From NCBI GenBank assembly GCA_965248835.1, contig CBDFLJ010000002.1:1312001-1376000 (forward strand): 64,000 bases of DNA, read 5' to 3'. The position numbers and the translations under genes are program-made. The stretch comes from Alphaproteobacteria bacterium. Its GTDB lineage: Bacteria > Pseudomonadota > Alphaproteobacteria > MPNO01. Every line of letters begins with the position of its first letter. The first letter of the stretch is position 1. A model generated the notes under the pieces. The model saw only the letters and a program-made list of their open reading frames with translations. It did not search any database and was not told the DNA's origin. Shown here in pieces: positions 10,039 through 22,466 of this stretch.

Positions 10039-11970
10039 CTAGATCCGGGCATATAGGTGCCAGGAGACGAAGACCGCGACCCCGATCAGCATCGCGAACG
10101 CGTAGTGGTAGACGTAGCCGGACTGGAAGCTGCTGATACGGCGCGCCAGAACGCGCGCGGCCGACGAGATGCCGTCGGGTCCCAGCCCGTCGATCAGGCT
10201 GCCGTCGCCTTCCTTCCATAGCCCGTGGCCCAACCGGCGCGCCGGACGGACGAAAGCCCAGTCGTAGAGCTCGTCGAAATACCACTTGTTGAGCAGGAAC
10301 AGGTAGAGAAGGCGCAGCCGCGCGGCCAGCATCCCCGGCAGGCCCGGTATCGCCATGTAGAACACATAGGCGAGCGCGATACCGCCCAGCCCCATGACGA
10401 TGGGCAGCACCTTTACCCAACTCGGCACATGGTGGGCATCGGCAAGCGCATTGTGGTCCGGCAAGACCTTGATGGACTCGCCCCAGAAGGCCTCGAGCCC
10501 GGAGCCGACGAAATAATCGTAGCCGAGATAGCCCGAGAACACCGCGCCGAGCGCCAGAACGATCAGCGGGACGGTCATCGATCTGGGCGATTCGTGGACG
10601 TGGGCCAGGGTCTTCTCATCAGCTCGCGGCGTGCCGTGGAAGGTCATGATCAGCAGCCGCCAGGAGTAGAACGCGGTCATCGCCGCGGCCAGGATGCCGA
10701 GCCAGAATGCGTAGGTCCCCGCCCCGGTATGGGCCGCGAACGCCGACTCCAGCACGATGTCCTTGGAGTAGTAGCCGGCGAACAGCGGCACGCCGGCAAG
10801 CGCCAGGCTGCCGATCCACATCAGGGCGTAGGTCAGTGGGATCATCCTCCAGATGCCGCCCATGTTGCGCATGTCCTGCTCCGATGACATCGCGTGGATC
10901 ACCGAGCCCGCGCCCAGGAACAGCAGCGCCTTGAAAAAGGCGTGGGTCATCAGGTGGAAGATGCCCGCCGAATAGGCCGACACCCCGCAGGCGAAGAACA
11001 TGTAGCCGAGCTGGCTGCAGGTCGAATACGCGATCACCCGTTTGATGTCGTTCTGGCACAACCCGATTGTCGCGGCAAAGAACGCCGTCGAGCCGCCGAT
11101 GACGACGACGACGGTCAACGCCACCGGCGAATGCTCGAACAGCGGCGACATACGGGCGACCATGAAAACGCCGGCGGTGACCATGGTCGCGGCGTGGATC
11201 AGCGCGGAGACCGGGGTCGGGCCCTCCATCGCATCCGGCAACCAGGTATGCAGGCCGAGCTGCGCGGATTTTCCCATCGCGCCGATGAACAGCAGGATGC
11301 ACAGGACCGTCAGTGCGTGCGCCTCGTAGCCGAGGAAAGCGATCGATTCGTCCGCCTTTTCCGGCGCGGCCGCGAAGATGGTTTCGAACTCGATCGAGCC
11401 GAAGATCAGGAACACCCCCATGATCCCCAGCGCAAAGCCGAAATCGCCCACCCGGTTGACGATGAAGGCTTTGATCGCCGCGGCGTTGGCGGCCGGGCGG
11501 TCGTACCAGAAGCCGATCAGGAAATAGGAGCACAGCCCGACGCCTTCCCAGCCGAAGAACATCTGGAGCAGGTTGTCGGCGCTCACCAGCATGAGCATGA
11601 AGAAGGTGAACAGGCTCAGATAGGCCATGAACCGCGGGATCGAGGGGTCGTGGTGCATGTAGCCGATGGAATAGATGTGGACCATCGCCGAGACGACGGA
11701 GACCACGAAGACCATCACCGCGGTGAGCTGATCGAAACGCAAGGACCAGACGACATCGAACGCGCCGGAGTTCATCCAGGTGAACAGCTCGACCGTTCGC
11801 GGCGCGCCGCCGAGTGCGACCTCGATAAGGATCACCACCGAAATCGCGGCCGAGCCCAGCATCGCTCCGCAGCTCACGAGCTGGGAGCCGGTGTCCTTCA
11901 GGATGCGGCCGAACAACCCGGCCAGCACGGCGCCGATCAGCGGCAGGAAGACCGCAAGCGAATACAGCAC
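10039..11970 (-). CDS. nuoL: NADH-quinone oxidoreductase subunit L
   Basis: GKSAQLGLHTWLPDAMEGPTPVSALIHAATMV, HAFFKALLFL. Confidence 0.97.
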   Translation of the reverse strand: MLYSLAVFLPLIGAVLAGLFGRILKDTGSQLVSCGAMLGSAAISVVILIEVALGGAPRTVELFTWMNSGAFDVVWSLRFDQLTAVMVFVVSVVSAMVHIYSIGYMHHDPSIPRFMAYLSLFTFFMLMLVSADNLLQMFFGWEGVGLCSYFLIGFWYDRPAANAAAIKAFIVNRVGDFGFALGIMGVFLIFGSIEFETIFAAAPEKADESIAFLGYEAHALTVLCILLFIGAMGKSAQLGLHTWLPDAMEGPTPVSALIHAATMVTAGVFMVARMSPLFEHSPVALTVVVVIGGSTAFFAATIGLCQNDIKRVIAYSTCSQLGYMFFACGVSAYSAGIFHLMTHAFFKALLFLGAGSVIHAMSSEQDMRNMGGIWRMIPLTYALMWIGSLALAGVPLFAGYYSKDIVLESAFAAHTGAGTYAFWLGILAAAMTAFYSWRLLIMTFHGTPRADEKTLAHVHESPRSMTVPLIVLALGAVFSGYLGYDYFVGSGLEAFWGESIKVLPDHNALADAHHVPSWVKVLPIVMGLGGIALAYVFYMAIPGLPGMLAARLRLLYLFLLNKWYFDELYDWAFVRPARRLGHGLWKEGDGSLIDGLGPDGISSAARVLARRISSFQSGYVYHYAFAMLIGVAVFVSWHLYARI

Positions 11971-11973
11971 GCC

Positions 11974-12279
11974 TCAGCCCCGCATCAGATTGATGTCCTC
12001 GACCGCGATCGTGCCGCGGTTCCGGAAATAGACGACGATGATCGCAAGCCCGATCGCGGCTTCCGCGGCCGCGATTGCCAGCACCAGCAGCGCGAAGACC
12101 TGTCCCACCAGGTCCTGATGGTGGACCGAGAACGCGACCAGGTTGATATTGACGGCAAGCAGGATGAGCTCGATCGACATCAGGATGATGATCACGTTCT
12201 TGCGGTTGAGGAAGATGCCAAAGATCCCCAGGGTGAACAGGATCGCCGCGACCGAGAGGTAGTGCGCCAGACCGATCAC
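11974..12279 (-). CDS. nuoK: NADH-quinone oxidoreductase subunit K
   Basis: GTG start at 12279 (VIGLAHYL); [25 protein letters not shown]. Confidence 0.96.
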   Translation of the reverse strand: MIGLAHYLSVAAILFTLGIFGIFLNRKNVIIILMSIELILLAVNINLVAFSVHHQDLVGQVFALLVLAIAAAEAAIGLAIIVVYFRNRGTIAVEDINLMRG

Positions 12280-12280
12280 C

Positions 12281-12895
12281 TCACACCCCGCTTCCGGGTT
12301 GGACCTTCTTGAGCTCGACCGTCTGGTCGCGCCGTCGCGCAAGCTGAGCCGCGACGCGCTGCTTGCGGACGCCCTCGCGCGCCCGCAAGGTGAGCACGAT
12401 TGCACCGACCATCGCGATCAGCAGGATCACCCCGACCGCCTGAAAGGCGTAGATGTAGTCGGTATAAAGGATCCGACCGATGGCGTGGGTGTTGGTGACC
12501 TCGCTCGCCGGCGGCATGGGCGCGGCGCGAACCAGCACGTCCTCCGGCGCGATCGCCCAGCTTGCGAAAATCAGCACGAGCTCGGCGAGCAGCACGATCC
12601 CGATCAGCGCACCGACCGGCAGGTATTGCAGGAAACCCTGGCGCAGCTCGACGAAGTTGATGTCGAGCATCATCACGACGAACAGGAACAACACCGCGAC
12701 CGCGCCGACATAGACGATCACCAGAGTCATGGCGATGAACTCGGCGCCCATCAGCACGAACAGCCCCGCCGCGTTGAAGAAGGCCAGGATCAGGAACAGT
12801 ACCGAATGGACGGGGTTGCGCGAGGAGATCACCATCACGCCCGCGGCGACCGCGACCGCGGCGAACAGGTAGAAGGCAATGCTTTGAATGATCAT
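12281..12895 (-). CDS. nuoJ: NADH-quinone oxidoreductase subunit J
   Basis: [30 protein letters not shown]. Confidence 0.96.
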   Translation of the reverse strand: MIIQSIAFYLFAAVAVAAGVMVISSRNPVHSVLFLILAFFNAAGLFVLMGAEFIAMTLVIVYVGAVAVLFLFVVMMLDINFVELRQGFLQYLPVGALIGIVLLAELVLIFASWAIAPEDVLVRAAPMPPASEVTNTHAIGRILYTDYIYAFQAVGVILLIAMVGAIVLTLRAREGVRKQRVAAQLARRRDQTVELKKVQPGSGV

Positions 12896-12905
12896 CGCGG
12901 CGGGT

Positions 12906-13394
12906 TCAGCGGTAAGGGGCGTCTGCGCTCAGCCGGGCGGCCAGGTCGGCCTCCCACCGGTCGCCGTTATCGAGGAGCTTCTCCTTGTTGTACATCAGCT
13001 CCTCGCGGGTCTCGGTGGCGAACTCGAAGTTCGGCCCCTCGACGATCGCATCGACCGGGCAGGCCTCCTCGCAAAAACCGCAATAGATGCACTTGGTCAT
13101 GTCGATGTCGTAGCGGGTGGCTCGACGGCTGCCGTCGGCACGCGGCTCGGCCTCGATGGTAATCGCCTGGGCCGGGCAGATCGCCTCGCACAGCTTGCAG
13201 GCGATGCAGCGCTCCTCGCCGTTGGGATAGCGTCGAAGCGCGTGCTCGCCGCGGAAGCGCGGACTGAGTGGACCCTTCTCGAAGGGGTAGTTCACCGTCA
13301 CCTTGGGCTTGAAGAAATAGCGCAGCGTCAAGCTCATGCCCGAGATCAGTTCGGCCAGGAACAGAGCGCGTGCGGATCGATCGAGCAATGCCAT
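12906..13394 (-). CDS. nuoI: NADH-quinone oxidoreductase subunit I
   Basis: Two 4Fe-4S motifs, [12 protein letters not shown] and [12 protein letters not shown]. Confidence 0.98.
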   Translation of the reverse strand: MALLDRSARALFLAELISGMSLTLRYFFKPKVTVNYPFEKGPLSPRFRGEHALRRYPNGEERCIACKLCEAICPAQAITIEAEPRADGSRRATRYDIDMTKCIYCGFCEEACPVDAIVEGPNFEFATETREELMYNKEKLLDNGDRWEADLAARLSADAPYR

Positions 13395-13418
13395 GGCGGT
13401 CGAGCCTCCTCGCCCCGA

Positions 13419-14435
13419 TCAGGCCGTCACCGGCGCCCAGCCGAAAGCGACCAGGACGCCCGCGGTGAGCACCAGCCAGAACAGGGAGAGAGGCAGGAAC
13501 ACCTTCCATCCCAGCCGCATGAGCTGGTCGTAACGATAGCGCGGAAAAGTCGCACGCACCCACAGGAAGAAGAACAGACACAGCGCCAGCTTGGCGCCGA
13601 ACCAAATCGGACCGGGGATCCAGTTGAACGGCGCTACGTCGATGATCGGCAGCCACCCGCCCAGGAACAAGACGGTCGTCATGCCGCTCATCAGGATCAT
13701 GTTCGCGTACTCGCCGAGAAAGAACAGCGCAAACGTCATCGAGGAGTATTCGACGTTGTAGCCGGAGACCAGCTCCGCCTCGGCCTCGGGCAGGTCGAAC
13801 GGCGCGCGGTTGGTCTCGGCAAGCGTGCAGATGAAGAACATCACGAACATCGGCAGCAGCGGGATGCAGAACCACAGCCCCTCCTGCGCCTTGACCACCG
13901 CCGAGAGGTTGAGCGAGCCGACGCACAGCAGCACCGAGATGATCACGAAGCCGATCGCGACCTCGTAGGAGACCATCTGGGCCGCCGAGCGCAGCGCGCC
14001 GAGGAAGGCGTATTTCGAGTTCGACGCCCAGCCGGCCATGATGATGCCGTAGACGCCGAGCGAGGAGATCGCGAACAGGTAGAGCACCCCGACATTGATG
14101 TCGGCCAGCACCCAGCCCTCATCGAACGGGATCACCGCCCAGGCGACGACGGCCAGGATGAAGGTCAGCATCGGCGCCATCAGGAAGACCGCGCGGTTGG
14201 CGCCGCTGGGGATGATGGTCTCCTTGAACAGCAGCTTCAGCCCGTCGGCCACGGGCTGGAGCAAACCGAACGGACCGACCACGTTGGGCCCCTTGCGGAG
14301 CTGCATCGCCGCGATCACCTTGCGTTCGGCGAGCGTCAGGTAGGCGACCCCTCCGAGCAGCGGGATCAGGATCGCGATGATGTAGGCGACGATCAGGACC
14401 GCCGGCCAGACATATATCGTCCAGAGGCTATCCAT
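13419..14435 (-). CDS. nuoH: NADH-quinone oxidoreductase subunit H
   Basis: [38 protein letters not shown]. Confidence 0.98.
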   Translation of the reverse strand: MDSLWTIYVWPAVLIVAYIIAILIPLLGGVAYLTLAERKVIAAMQLRKGPNVVGPFGLLQPVADGLKLLFKETIIPSGANRAVFLMAPMLTFILAVVAWAVIPFDEGWVLADINVGVLYLFAISSLGVYGIIMAGWASNSKYAFLGALRSAAQMVSYEVAIGFVIISVLLCVGSLNLSAVVKAQEGLWFCIPLLPMFVMFFICTLAETNRAPFDLPEAEAELVSGYNVEYSSMTFALFFLGEYANMILMSGMTTVLFLGGWLPIIDVAPFNWIPGPIWFGAKLALCLFFFLWVRATFPRYRYDQLMRLGWKVFLPLSLFWLVLTAGVLVAFGWAPVTA

Positions 14436-16491
14436 CGGTGCCCGTCTTCCCGGCCGGTGCGCCGAGGAAGGTGCGCGTGCAGGCCGCCATGGTCTCCGAA
14501 GAACGGCTGATCGGATCGGTCATGTAGAAGTTCTCGATCGGCGAGGCGAACGGCGCAGCATCCATGCTGCCGGGCTCTCCGAAGGCGCCCCAGGCGGCGG
14601 GCGCGACACGGCCGATCGCGCCGAAGACCGGGTTGGCCTCGACCAGCCGGGTGCGCACCGCATCGAGGTCGTCATAGGGCAAGGTCCTGCCGAGGACCTC
14701 GGAGAGCGCGCGCAGGATCCGCCAGTCCTCGCGCGCCTCGCCAGGCGGGAAGACCGCGCGCGCGGTGCGCTGCGCTCGGCCTTCGAGGTTGACGTAGGTC
14801 GCGTCTTTCTCGGTATAGGCGGCGCCGGGCAGCACCACGTCGGCGCGCATCGCACCGGTATCGCCGTGATGGCCCTGGTAGACCACGAAGGCCTGGCCGA
14901 GCCGCCCGGTGTCGATCTCGTCGGCGCCCAGCAGAAAGACGAAATCGATCTCCCCTGTCTCGGCGCCGGCGAGGATCCCCGCGACATCCCGCCCGCCCGC
15001 ACCCGGAACCAGGGAGAGATCGAGCGCGCCGACGCGTGCGGCCGCAATGTGGAGCACGTTGAAGCCGTTCCAACCCTCGCCCACCATGGCGAAGCGCTCG
15101 GCGATCGCGTGTGCCGTCGCCAGGACCGCCGCCCCGTCGGGGCGGGCAAGCGGCCCCTGGCCGAGGACGATCATCGGCCTTTTGGCTGCCTCCAGATGCT
15201 CGCAGAAGAGGTGGCGGCCGTCTGCGATCTCCGACAATGTCTGACCGCCCATGCCCAGATGTTCGACCCGATAGGTCAGATCGACGGGCCGGCCGATCAG
15301 GCCGACCGGAAAGGCGCCCGCCAATGCGCGCTTGCGCAGCCTCGCATTGACCAGCGGCGCCTCCCAGCGCGGGTTTGTGCCCACCAGCAGGCATGCATCG
15401 GCATGCTCGATACCGGCGATGGCGGTGTTGAACAGATAGGCCGCGCGCGGAGCGGCCGGCAGCTTGGCGCCGTCCTGACGGCCATCGATACTGGCCGTAC
15501 CCAGACCGGAAAAAAGGTCCCTGAGGACGATCATGGCTTCGCAATCGGCCAGGTCGCCGGCGATCGCTGCGATCCGATCCGGCGTGGTCGCGGCGACCGC
15601 CGTCTCGATCGCAGCGAACGCCTCGGACCAGCTCACCGGACGCAGCCGCCCGTCGCGCCGGACATAGGGCCGGTCGAGTCTCTGGCGCCTGAGCCCGTCA
15701 TAGGAGAACCGCGTCTTGTCGGAGATCCACTCCTCGTTGATCTCCTCGTTGATCAGCGGCAAGACGCGCTGGACCTCCCCGCCCCTGGCATCGATGCGGA
15801 TGTTGCTGCCGAGTGCGTCCATGGCGTCGATCGACTCGGTCTTGGTCAGCTCCCAGGGCCGCGCGTTGAAGGCATAGGGCTTGGAGGTCAGCGCGCCGAC
15901 CGGGCAGAGATCGATGATGTTGCCGGACAGCTCGGACGTCAGCGCGCTTTGCAGCGTGGTATCGACCTCCATGTGCTCGCCACGACCGGTCGCGCCGAGC
16001 TCTTCGACGCCGGCGACTTCGGTGACGAACCGGATACAGCGTGTGCAATGGATGCAGCGCGTCATGTGGGTTTCGACCAGCGGGCCGAAATCCTTGTCCG
16101 GCACCGCGCGCTTGTTTTCCTCGAACCGCGACCGGTCGAAGCCATAGGCCATGGCCTGGTCCTGCAGGTCGCATTCCCCGCCCTGGTCGCAGATCGGGCA
16201 GTCGAGCGGGTGGTTGATCAGCAGGAACTCCATCACGCCCCGGCGCGCCTTGCGAACCGTCTCGGTGTTGGTGCGGATGACCATGCCGTTGCCGACCGGC
16301 ATCGCGCACGATGCGATCGGCTTGGGCGAGCGCTCCATCTCGACCAGGCACATCCGGCAATTGCCGGCGATCGACAACCGTTCGTGATAGCAGAACCGGG
16401 GGATCTCCTTGCCGGCGATCTCACAGGCCTGGAGGACGCTCAGCCCGTCCTCGACCTCGATCTCGACGCCGTCGATCGTCAGTTTCGCCAT
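14428..16491 (-). CDS. nuoG: NADH-quinone oxidoreductase subunit G
   Basis: [37 protein letters not shown]. Confidence 0.98.
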   Translation of the reverse strand: MAKLTIDGVEIEVEDGLSVLQACEIAGKEIPRFCYHERLSIAGNCRMCLVEMERSPKPIASCAMPVGNGMVIRTNTETVRKARRGVMEFLLINHPLDCPICDQGGECDLQDQAMAYGFDRSRFEENKRAVPDKDFGPLVETHMTRCIHCTRCIRFVTEVAGVEELGATGRGEHMEVDTTLQSALTSELSGNIIDLCPVGALTSKPYAFNARPWELTKTESIDAMDALGSNIRIDARGGEVQRVLPLINEEINEEWISDKTRFSYDGLRRQRLDRPYVRRDGRLRPVSWSEAFAAIETAVAATTPDRIAAIAGDLADCEAMIVLRDLFSGLGTASIDGRQDGAKLPAAPRAAYLFNTAIAGIEHADACLLVGTNPRWEAPLVNARLRKRALAGAFPVGLIGRPVDLTYRVEHLGMGGQTLSEIADGRHLFCEHLEAAKRPMIVLGQGPLARPDGAAVLATAHAIAERFAMVGEGWNGFNVLHIAAARVGALDLSLVPGAGGRDVAGILAGAETGEIDFVFLLGADEIDTGRLGQAFVVYQGHHGDTGAMRADVVLPGAAYTEKDATYVNLEGRAQRTARAVFPPGEAREDWRILRALSEVLGRTLPYDDLDAVRTRLVEANPVFGAIGRVAPAAWGAFGEPGSMDAAPFASPIENFYMTDPISRSSETMAACTRTFLGAPAGKTGTDG

Positions 16492-16515
16492 CGGGCGCCT
16501 CTCAACCCTCCGCGC

Positions 16516-17805
16516 TCATGCTGCCGCGACGCTATCGGTCTTGCGGGCAATGATGCGGGCCTCCACGTCGTCGCGGAAATGCCGCATCAGGCCTTGGATC
16601 GGCCAGGCAGAGGCATCGCCATGAGCACAGATCGTATGGCCCTCGATCTCGTAGCCCACCGCGAGCAGCATGTCGATGTCGGCGATCTCCGCATCACCGG
16701 TGACCAGGCGCTCCATGACGCGCCACATCCAGCCGGTGCCTTCGCGGCAGGGCGTGCACTGGCCGCAGGACTCGTGCATGTAGAATTTCGAAAGACGCGC
16801 GATCGCGGCGACCACATCGGTCGATTTGTCCATCACGATCACCGCCGCGGTGCCGAGACCGGACTGGACCTCGCGCAGGCCGTCAAAGTCCATGATCGCG
16901 CTGTCGCAGACCGAGCGCGGTATGATCGGAACCGAGGAGCCGCCGGGGATGACGGCCTTCAAATTGTCCCAGCCGCCGCGCACCCCGCCGGCATGTTTGT
17001 CGATCAGCTCGCGAAGGCCGATGCCCATCGTCTCTTCGACGTTGCACGGGCTGTTCACGTGGCCGGAGATGCAGAAAACCTTGGTGCCGGTGTTGTTCTC
17101 GCGCCCGAAGCTCGAGAACCAGGACGCGCCACGCTTGAGGATCGCCGGCACCACGGCGATGGTCTCGACGTTGTTGATCGTCGTCGGACAGCCATAGAGC
17201 CCGGTGTTGGCCGGGAACGGCGGCTTGATCCGCGGCATGCCCTTCTTGCCCTCCAGGCTTTCGAGCAAGCCCGTCTCCTCGCCGCAGATATAGGCCCCGG
17301 CGCCGCGATGGACGACGATGTCGAAGTCGAAGCCGGAGCCGCAGGCGTTGGCGCCGATCAGCCCGGCCTCGCGGGCTTCCTCGACAGCGGCCTCCAGCAC
17401 TTGGGCCTCGCGCACGAACTCGCCGCGGATGTAGATGAACGCCGTGTTCGCCCCCATTCCGAAGCTTGCCAGGAGCGCGCCTTCGATCAGCTTCTGCGGA
17501 TCGTGGCGAATGATATCGCGGTCCTTGCACGTCCCGGGCTCGCTCTCGTCGGCGTTGATCACCAGATAGGACGGGCGGGCGTCGGACTCCTTGGGCATGA
17601 ACGACCATTTGAGCCCGGTCGGAAACCCCGCCCCGCCGCGGCCGCGCAGGCCGGAGGACTTCACTTCCTCGACCACCCAGTCGCGGCCCTTGGCGATCAC
17701 CGCCTTGGTGCCGTCCCAGTCGCCGCGTCCCCGAGCGGCCGGCAGCCGCCAGTCGTGCTGGCCGTAGAGATTGGTAAAGATCCGGTCCTTGTCGGTCAGC
17801 GCCAT
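16516..17805 (-). CDS. nuoF: NADH-quinone oxidoreductase subunit F
   Basis: Likely start ATG at 17805 ([10 protein letters not shown]); [33 protein letters not shown]. Confidence 0.98.
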   Translation of the reverse strand: MALTDKDRIFTNLYGQHDWRLPAARGRGDWDGTKAVIAKGRDWVVEEVKSSGLRGRGGAGFPTGLKWSFMPKESDARPSYLVINADESEPGTCKDRDIIRHDPQKLIEGALLASFGMGANTAFIYIRGEFVREAQVLEAAVEEAREAGLIGANACGSGFDFDIVVHRGAGAYICGEETGLLESLEGKKGMPRIKPPFPANTGLYGCPTTINNVETIAVVPAILKRGASWFSSFGRENNTGTKVFCISGHVNSPCNVEETMGIGLRELIDKHAGGVRGGWDNLKAVIPGGSSVPIIPRSVCDSAIMDFDGLREVQSGLGTAAVIVMDKSTDVVAAIARLSKFYMHESCGQCTPCREGTGWMWRVMERLVTGDAEIADIDMLLAVGYEIEGHTICAHGDASAWPIQGLMRHFRDDVEARIIARKTDSVAAA

Positions 17806-18455
17806 CAGGCCTGTTCCTCCTCGCCGGCCCCGGCCGCCGCGATCGGCTCCCGATCGGTATCGACGGACGGCATAGCGGCCGCGACGGCGGTCAGGGTCCG
17901 GGGCCCGCCGAGGGGCGCCGATTTCTGCCGGCCGATCTGGGGGCCGGGTGCGGGTCGCTCGCCGGCGCGCAAGTCCCTCAGGATCTCCCGGATCCGATCC
18001 GGCTCCAGATCCTCGTAATAATCGTCGTCGATCCAGACGACGGGCGCATTGACGCAGGCGCCCAGGCATTCGAACTCGGCGAGCGTGAACTTGTCGTCGG
18101 CGCTGGTCCCGCCGACCTCGATGCCGAGCTCGTCCTTGCAGGCAGCCAGGATCTCGGTGCTGCCGCGCAGCATGCAGGGCGTGGTCGTGCACACCCGCAC
18201 CATGTGCTCGCCGACGGGTTGGGAATTGAACATCTCGTAGAACGAGATCACCTCGTAGACCCGGATCAGCGGCATATCCAGCATCTCGGCGACCGTGGCG
18301 ACCGCCTGCGGCGACAGCCAGCCGCCGTTCTGGCGCTGGGCGAGGTCGAGCACCGGAAGGATTGCCGAGGCCTGGCGCCCTTCGGGGTAGCGCGCAATAG
18401 TGGCCCTCGCCTTGTCGAGATTCTCGGAGCTGAAGGCGAACGGCGCCTCGCTCAC
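17805..18455 (-). CDS. nuoE: NADH-quinone oxidoreductase subunit E
   Basis: GTG at 18455 overlaps the nuoD stop; 2Fe-2S motifs CTTTPC and ECLGAC. Confidence 0.96.
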   Translation of the reverse strand: MSEAPFAFSSENLDKARATIARYPEGRQASAILPVLDLAQRQNGGWLSPQAVATVAEMLDMPLIRVYEVISFYEMFNSQPVGEHMVRVCTTTPCMLRGSTEILAACKDELGIEVGGTSADDKFTLAEFECLGACVNAPVVWIDDDYYEDLEPDRIREILRDLRAGERPAPGPQIGRQKSAPLGGPRTLTAVAAAMPSVDTDREPIAAAGAGEEEQA

Positions 18456-19630
18456 CGATCGATCTCCCCGAAGACGATGTCCATCGAGCCGATGATGGCG
18501 ACCAGGTCGGCCAGCATGTGGCCCTTGCACATGAACTCGGCAGCCTGCAGGAAGGCGAAGCCCGGCGCGCGGATCTTGCAGCGATAGGGCTTGTTGGTGC
18601 CGTCCGCGACCAGGTAGACCCCGAACTCGCCCTTGGGCGCCTCGACGGCGGTATAGGTCTCGCCGGCCGGGACGTGATAGCCCTCGGTATAGAGCTTGAA
18701 GTGGTGAATCAGGGCTTCCATCGAGGTCTTCATCTCGCTGCGCCGCGGCGGGGTGATCTTGTGGTCCTCGGTCCGCACCGGGCCTTCCGGCAGCTCCGCC
18801 AGGCATTGCCCGATGATTCTCAGGCTCTGGCGCATCTCCTCGATGCGGACCAGATAGCGGTCGTAGCAGTCCCCGTTCCTGCCCACCGGAATATCGAAAT
18901 CCATCCCGGCATAGACGTCGTAGGGCTGGGACTTGCGCAGGTCCCAGGGCAGACCCGAGGCCCGCAGCATCGGCCCCGACAGACCCCAATCCAGCGCGTC
19001 CTCGATCGAAATGGCGCCGATGTCCACCGCACGCTGCTTGAAGATCCGGTTTTCCGTCAGCAGCGATTCCGTATCGTCGATGAACTTCGGCAACGTCTCG
19101 CAGAACGCCGCGATGTCTTCGGCCAGCCCCACCGGCAGGTCGCGGTGAACCCCGCCCGGGCGGAAATAGGCGGCATGCAGCCGCGCACCGCTCACCCTCT
19201 CATAGAACTCCATCATCTTCTCGCGTTCCTCGAACCCCCACAGGAACGGCGTCATCGCGCCGACATCGAGCGCGAAGCTGCAGATGTTGAGGATGTGGTT
19301 GAGCAACCGCGAGATCTCGCAGAACAGGACGCGCACATACTGGCCGCGCGCGGGCACCTCGATCCCCAGGAGCTTCTCGGTCGCCAGGGCGAAGGCATGC
19401 TCCTGGGACATCGGCGAGACGTAGTCCAGCCGGTCGAAATAGGGCACCGCCTGGATATAGGTCTTGTGCTCGATCAGCTTCTCGGTGCCGCGGTGCAGCA
19501 GGCCGATATGGGGGTCGGCGCGCTCGATCACCTCGCCGTCCATCTCGACCACTAGCCGCAAAACCCCATGTGCCGCAGGGTGTTGCGGGCCGAAGTTCAT
19601 CGTAAGGTTCTTGATTTCGGTCTCGGCCAA
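18452..19630 (-). CDS. nuoD: NADH-quinone oxidoreductase subunit D
   Basis: TTG start at 19630 (392 aa); [23 protein letters not shown], ends FGEIDR. Confidence 0.97.
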   Translation of the reverse strand: MAETEIKNLTMNFGPQHPAAHGVLRLVVEMDGEVIERADPHIGLLHRGTEKLIEHKTYIQAVPYFDRLDYVSPMSQEHAFALATEKLLGIEVPARGQYVRVLFCEISRLLNHILNICSFALDVGAMTPFLWGFEEREKMMEFYERVSGARLHAAYFRPGGVHRDLPVGLAEDIAAFCETLPKFIDDTESLLTENRIFKQRAVDIGAISIEDALDWGLSGPMLRASGLPWDLRKSQPYDVYAGMDFDIPVGRNGDCYDRYLVRIEEMRQSLRIIGQCLAELPEGPVRTEDHKITPPRRSEMKTSMEALIHHFKLYTEGYHVPAGETYTAVEAPKGEFGVYLVADGTNKPYRCKIRAPGFAFLQAAEFMCKGHMLADLVAIIGSMDIVFGEIDR

Positions 19631-19634
19631 GGGT

Positions 19635-20252
19635 CTATTCCTTGGTCCCCGCGCCATCGGCCTTCTCGTCGCCGGGCAGGATATATTGCGCACCCTCCCA
19701 CGGGCTCATGAAGTCGAAGCTGCGGAAATCCTGAGTCAACTGGACTGGCTCATAGACCACCCGCTTCTGCTCCTCGTCGTAGCGTAGCTCGACATGGCCG
19801 GTCAGCGGGAAGTCCTTCCTCAGCGGGTGGCCCTCGAAGCCGTAATCGGTCATCAGCCGGCGCAGGTCGGGGTTGCCGGCGAAATAGATTCCGTAGAGGT
19901 CCCAGGCCTCGCGCTCGTACCAGCCGGCCGCGGAATAGACCTCGCAGACACTGGGCACCGGCGTCGTCTCGTCGACCGAGACCTTGACCCTGATGCGCTG
20001 ATTGTGGTGCAGGCTCAAGAGGTTGTAGACCACCTCGAACCGCTGTCCGCGCTCCGGATAGTCGACTCCGCAGAGATCGACCAGAACCTTGAACAGGCAG
20101 CTTGCGTCGTCGCGCAGGAAGCTCAGCACCGCGACGATGGATGCGGCGGGAACCTCGATCACCAGCTCGTCGTTGACGATCCGCCCGACGGTCCCGGCGA
20201 CCGGAATCGAAGAGGAAAGGTAATCGCCGAGATCGATGAGGGCCTGATTCAT
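19635..20252 (-). CDS. nuoC: NADH-quinone oxidoreductase subunit C
   Basis: [26 protein letters not shown]. Confidence 0.97.
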   Translation of the reverse strand: MNQALIDLGDYLSSSIPVAGTVGRIVNDELVIEVPAASIVAVLSFLRDDASCLFKVLVDLCGVDYPERGQRFEVVYNLLSLHHNQRIRVKVSVDETTPVPSVCEVYSAAGWYEREAWDLYGIYFAGNPDLRRLMTDYGFEGHPLRKDFPLTGHVELRYDEEQKRVVYEPVQLTQDFRSFDFMSPWEGAQYILPGDEKADGAGTKE

Positions 20253-20291
20253 GGGGGACCTTGTCGTGCCCGGGCCGGTCCCGGGCCGCGT

Positions 20292-20810
20292 TCAGCGCGC
20301 GATGGTGCTGGTTCGCCGAATTTTCTTCTGGAGCTGGAGGATGCCGTAGAGCAGCGCCTCAGCCGTCGGTGGACAGCCGGGGACGTAGACGTCGACCGGC
20401 ACGATCCGATCGCAGCCGCGGACCACGGAATAGGAATAGTGGTAATAGCCGCCGCCATTGGCGCAACTGCCCATGGAGATGACCCAGCGCGGCTCGGCCA
20501 TCTGGTCATAGACCTTGCGCAGCGCGGGCGCCATCTTGTTGGTCAGCGTGCCGGCGACGATCATCACGTCGGATTGACGCGGGCTCGGTCGGAAGACCAC
20601 GCCGAACCGATCGAGGTCGTAGCGGCTGGCTGCGGTATGCATCATCTCGACCGCGCAGCAAGCAAGCCCGAAGGTCATCGGCCACAACGAGCCCGATTGC
20701 GCCCAGCCGACCAGCTTGTCGAGTTGGGCGATCACGAAGCCCTTGTCGGAGAGCTGCCGGCTGACCTGACCGACAACCGCGTCCTCGTCCGCGGTCCGGG
20801 TCACTCCCAT
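20292..20810 (-). CDS. nuoB: NADH-quinone oxidoreductase subunit B
   Basis: Likely start ATG at 20810; [27 protein letters not shown]. Confidence 0.97.
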   Translation of the reverse strand: MGVTRTADEDAVVGQVSRQLSDKGFVIAQLDKLVGWAQSGSLWPMTFGLACCAVEMMHTAASRYDLDRFGVVFRPSPRQSDVMIVAGTLTNKMAPALRKVYDQMAEPRWVISMGSCANGGGYYHYSYSVVRGCDRIVPVDVYVPGCPPTAEALLYGILQLQKKIRRTSTIAR

Positions 20811-21172
20811 TCCAGCGCCCCCTTCTTCCATTCGTAGACGAAACCGATCGTCAGCACGGCCAGGAACACCATCATCGACCAGAAGCCGAGCATGCCGATC
20901 GCGCTCAGCGAGATCGCCCACGGGAACAGGAAGGCGATCTCGATGTCGAAGATGATGAACAGGATCGCCACCAGGTAGAAGCGGACGTCGAACTGGCTGC
21001 GCGCGTCGTCGAAAGCCTCGAAGCCGCATTCGTAGGCCGAGAGCTTTTCGGTGTCGGGACGCTGCCGGGCAACGATATAGGACGCGGCGACCATGGCAAC
21101 CGCCAGCCCGGTGGCGATGCCGATGAAGATCAAGATCGGCAAATACTCGATCAGCAGTGCTTCGAGCGCCAT
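20801..21172 (-). CDS. nuoA: NADH-quinone oxidoreductase subunit A
   Basis: [19 protein letters not shown], ends [11 protein letters not shown]. Confidence 0.98.
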   Translation of the reverse strand: MALEALLIEYLPILIFIGIATGLAVAMVAASYIVARQRPDTEKLSAYECGFEAFDDARSQFDVRFYLVAILFIIFDIEIAFLFPWAISLSAIGMLGFWSMMVFLAVLTIGFVYEWKKGALEWE

Positions 21173-21252
21173 ATCCGCTCCATCCCCGTTCGCGCACGCC
21201 CGACGCGCGGCCGTCGGTGCGGCATCCCGAGCATGCCCACGATGCCGCGGGC

Positions 21253-21280
21253 TTTATAGGCCATGACGCCCCGAATTCAA
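21253..21280 (-). promoter_or_regulatory. Candidate sigma70 promoter of the nuo operon
   Basis: Minus strand TTGAAT-N16-TATAAA about 80 nt upstream of nuoA, followed by an inverted repeat GCGGCATC..GATGCCGC (21219-21248). Confidence 0.5.
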
Positions 21281-21420
21281 AGCTGTTGCGCGCGACGGCG
21301 TCGTTCCCCGGCCCGCCGCTTCGCCTCGGTTGACTCCGACTCCGAAGCGCGCCTAAATCGTGCTGCGGCCTGCCGCAGAGGCGGTGTTGGCACATATTCG
21401 AACGCAATCCGGAGCGAGGA

Positions 21421-22419
21421 ATGATGATCAGAGGAATAGCGGCCACCGCGATAGCCCTCGCGGTGGTCTGTGTGGGCCTTCCCCAGACGGGCGAAGCGGC
21501 CAGCAAGCGCACGTTCATAGCCATCGGCACCGGCGGGCCGACCGGCGTCTATTTCGTTGCCGGCAACGCGATCTGCCGGATGCTGCACAAGGAAGCCGCG
21601 GAAGGCCGCAAGAAGGGCCGCAAGCACGGCATCCGCTGCTCTGCGCCGTCGACCAACGGCTCGACCTACAACATCGCCCAGATCAAGGCCGGCGAGCTCG
21701 ATTTCGGCGTCGCGCAGTCGGATTGGCAGTATCACTCCTATAACGGATCCTCCAAAAAGGTTACCAGCTTCCCCAAGCTGCGGGCGGTCTTCTCGGTCCA
21801 TCCCGAGGCCTACCACCTTGTGGTCCACAAGAACTCCGGCATCAAGTCGTGGAAGGACCTGAAGGGCAAGCGGTTCAACATCGGCAATCCCGGCTCGGGT
21901 CAACGCCAGACGACCGAGCTTCTGATGCAGCTCTACAACACCCCGAGGAGCTATTTCGGGCTGGTGACCGAGCTGACCTCGACCGAGCACTCGACCGCGT
22001 TGTGTGACCGCAAAATCGACGCCTACGGTTATGTCGTGGGCGTTCCGAACTCCGGCGTCGCGGTGGCGACCGACGGCTGCTTTGCCAAGATCGTCACGCT
22101 CAACACCGACGTCGAAAAGAATCTGATCGCCAAGCGGCCCTATTACGCGCGCACGGTCGTCCCGCAGGGGACCTACAAATCGACCACTTCCGATGTGGTC
22201 ACGTTCGGCGGCATGGCGACCATCGTCACTTCCGCAGACGTCGCCGACAACACCGCCTTCGAGGTCACCCGTGCGGTGATGGAGAACATCAATGACTTCC
22301 GGCGGCTGCATCCTGCCTTCGCCAACCTCAAGCCCGAGAACATGATGAAGGACGGCCTGTCCGCGCCGCTTCATCCCGGTGCAGCGAAGTACTATCGCGA
22401 GAAGGGCTGGCTCAAATAG
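21421..22419 (+). CDS. TAXI-family TRAP substrate-binding protein
   Basis: Signal peptide; [39 protein letters not shown]. Confidence 0.93.
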   Translation: MMIRGIAATAIALAVVCVGLPQTGEAASKRTFIAIGTGGPTGVYFVAGNAICRMLHKEAAEGRKKGRKHGIRCSAPSTNGSTYNIAQIKAGELDFGVAQSDWQYHSYNGSSKKVTSFPKLRAVFSVHPEAYHLVVHKNSGIKSWKDLKGKRFNIGNPGSGQRQTTELLMQLYNTPRSYFGLVTELTSTEHSTALCDRKIDAYGYVVGVPNSGVAVATDGCFAKIVTLNTDVEKNLIAKRPYYARTVVPQGTYKSTTSDVVTFGGMATIVTSADVADNTAFEVTRAVMENINDFRRLHPAFANLKPENMMKDGLSAPLHPGAAKYYREKGWLK

Positions 22420-22441
22420 AGCATGTTTCGAACAGGCTCTA
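22417..22441. repeat. Short palindromic REP-like element TAGAGC..GCTCTA; partial copy at 52432-52450
   Basis: TAGAGCATGTTTCGAACAGGCTCTA is an imperfect inverted repeat starting at a TAG stop. TAGAGCATGTTCGAA recurs at the lrp stop. Confidence 0.5.
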
Positions 22442-22466
22442 GGCTACGCCCCCGCGCATCGCGGAA

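Noticed and set aside
16600-16650. NuoF reads TICAHGDAS instead of the usual TICALGDAA
   Set aside because: All Fe-S cysteines are intact and His at this position occurs in other NuoF lineages; no basis for a functional claim.
14866-18018. 1050-aa plus-strand ORF and many other long antisense ORFs (e.g. 3892-5766, 61051-63279)
   Set aside because: Shadow frames of well-conserved genes on the opposite strand, expected with high-GC codon bias; no recognisable motifs.
16516-21530. Apparent long N-terminal extensions on NuoF, NuoE, NuoD and NuoB (also NuoK, BirA and the M20 gene)
   Set aside because: Artefacts of longest-ORF calling; canonical starts sit next to the upstream stops.
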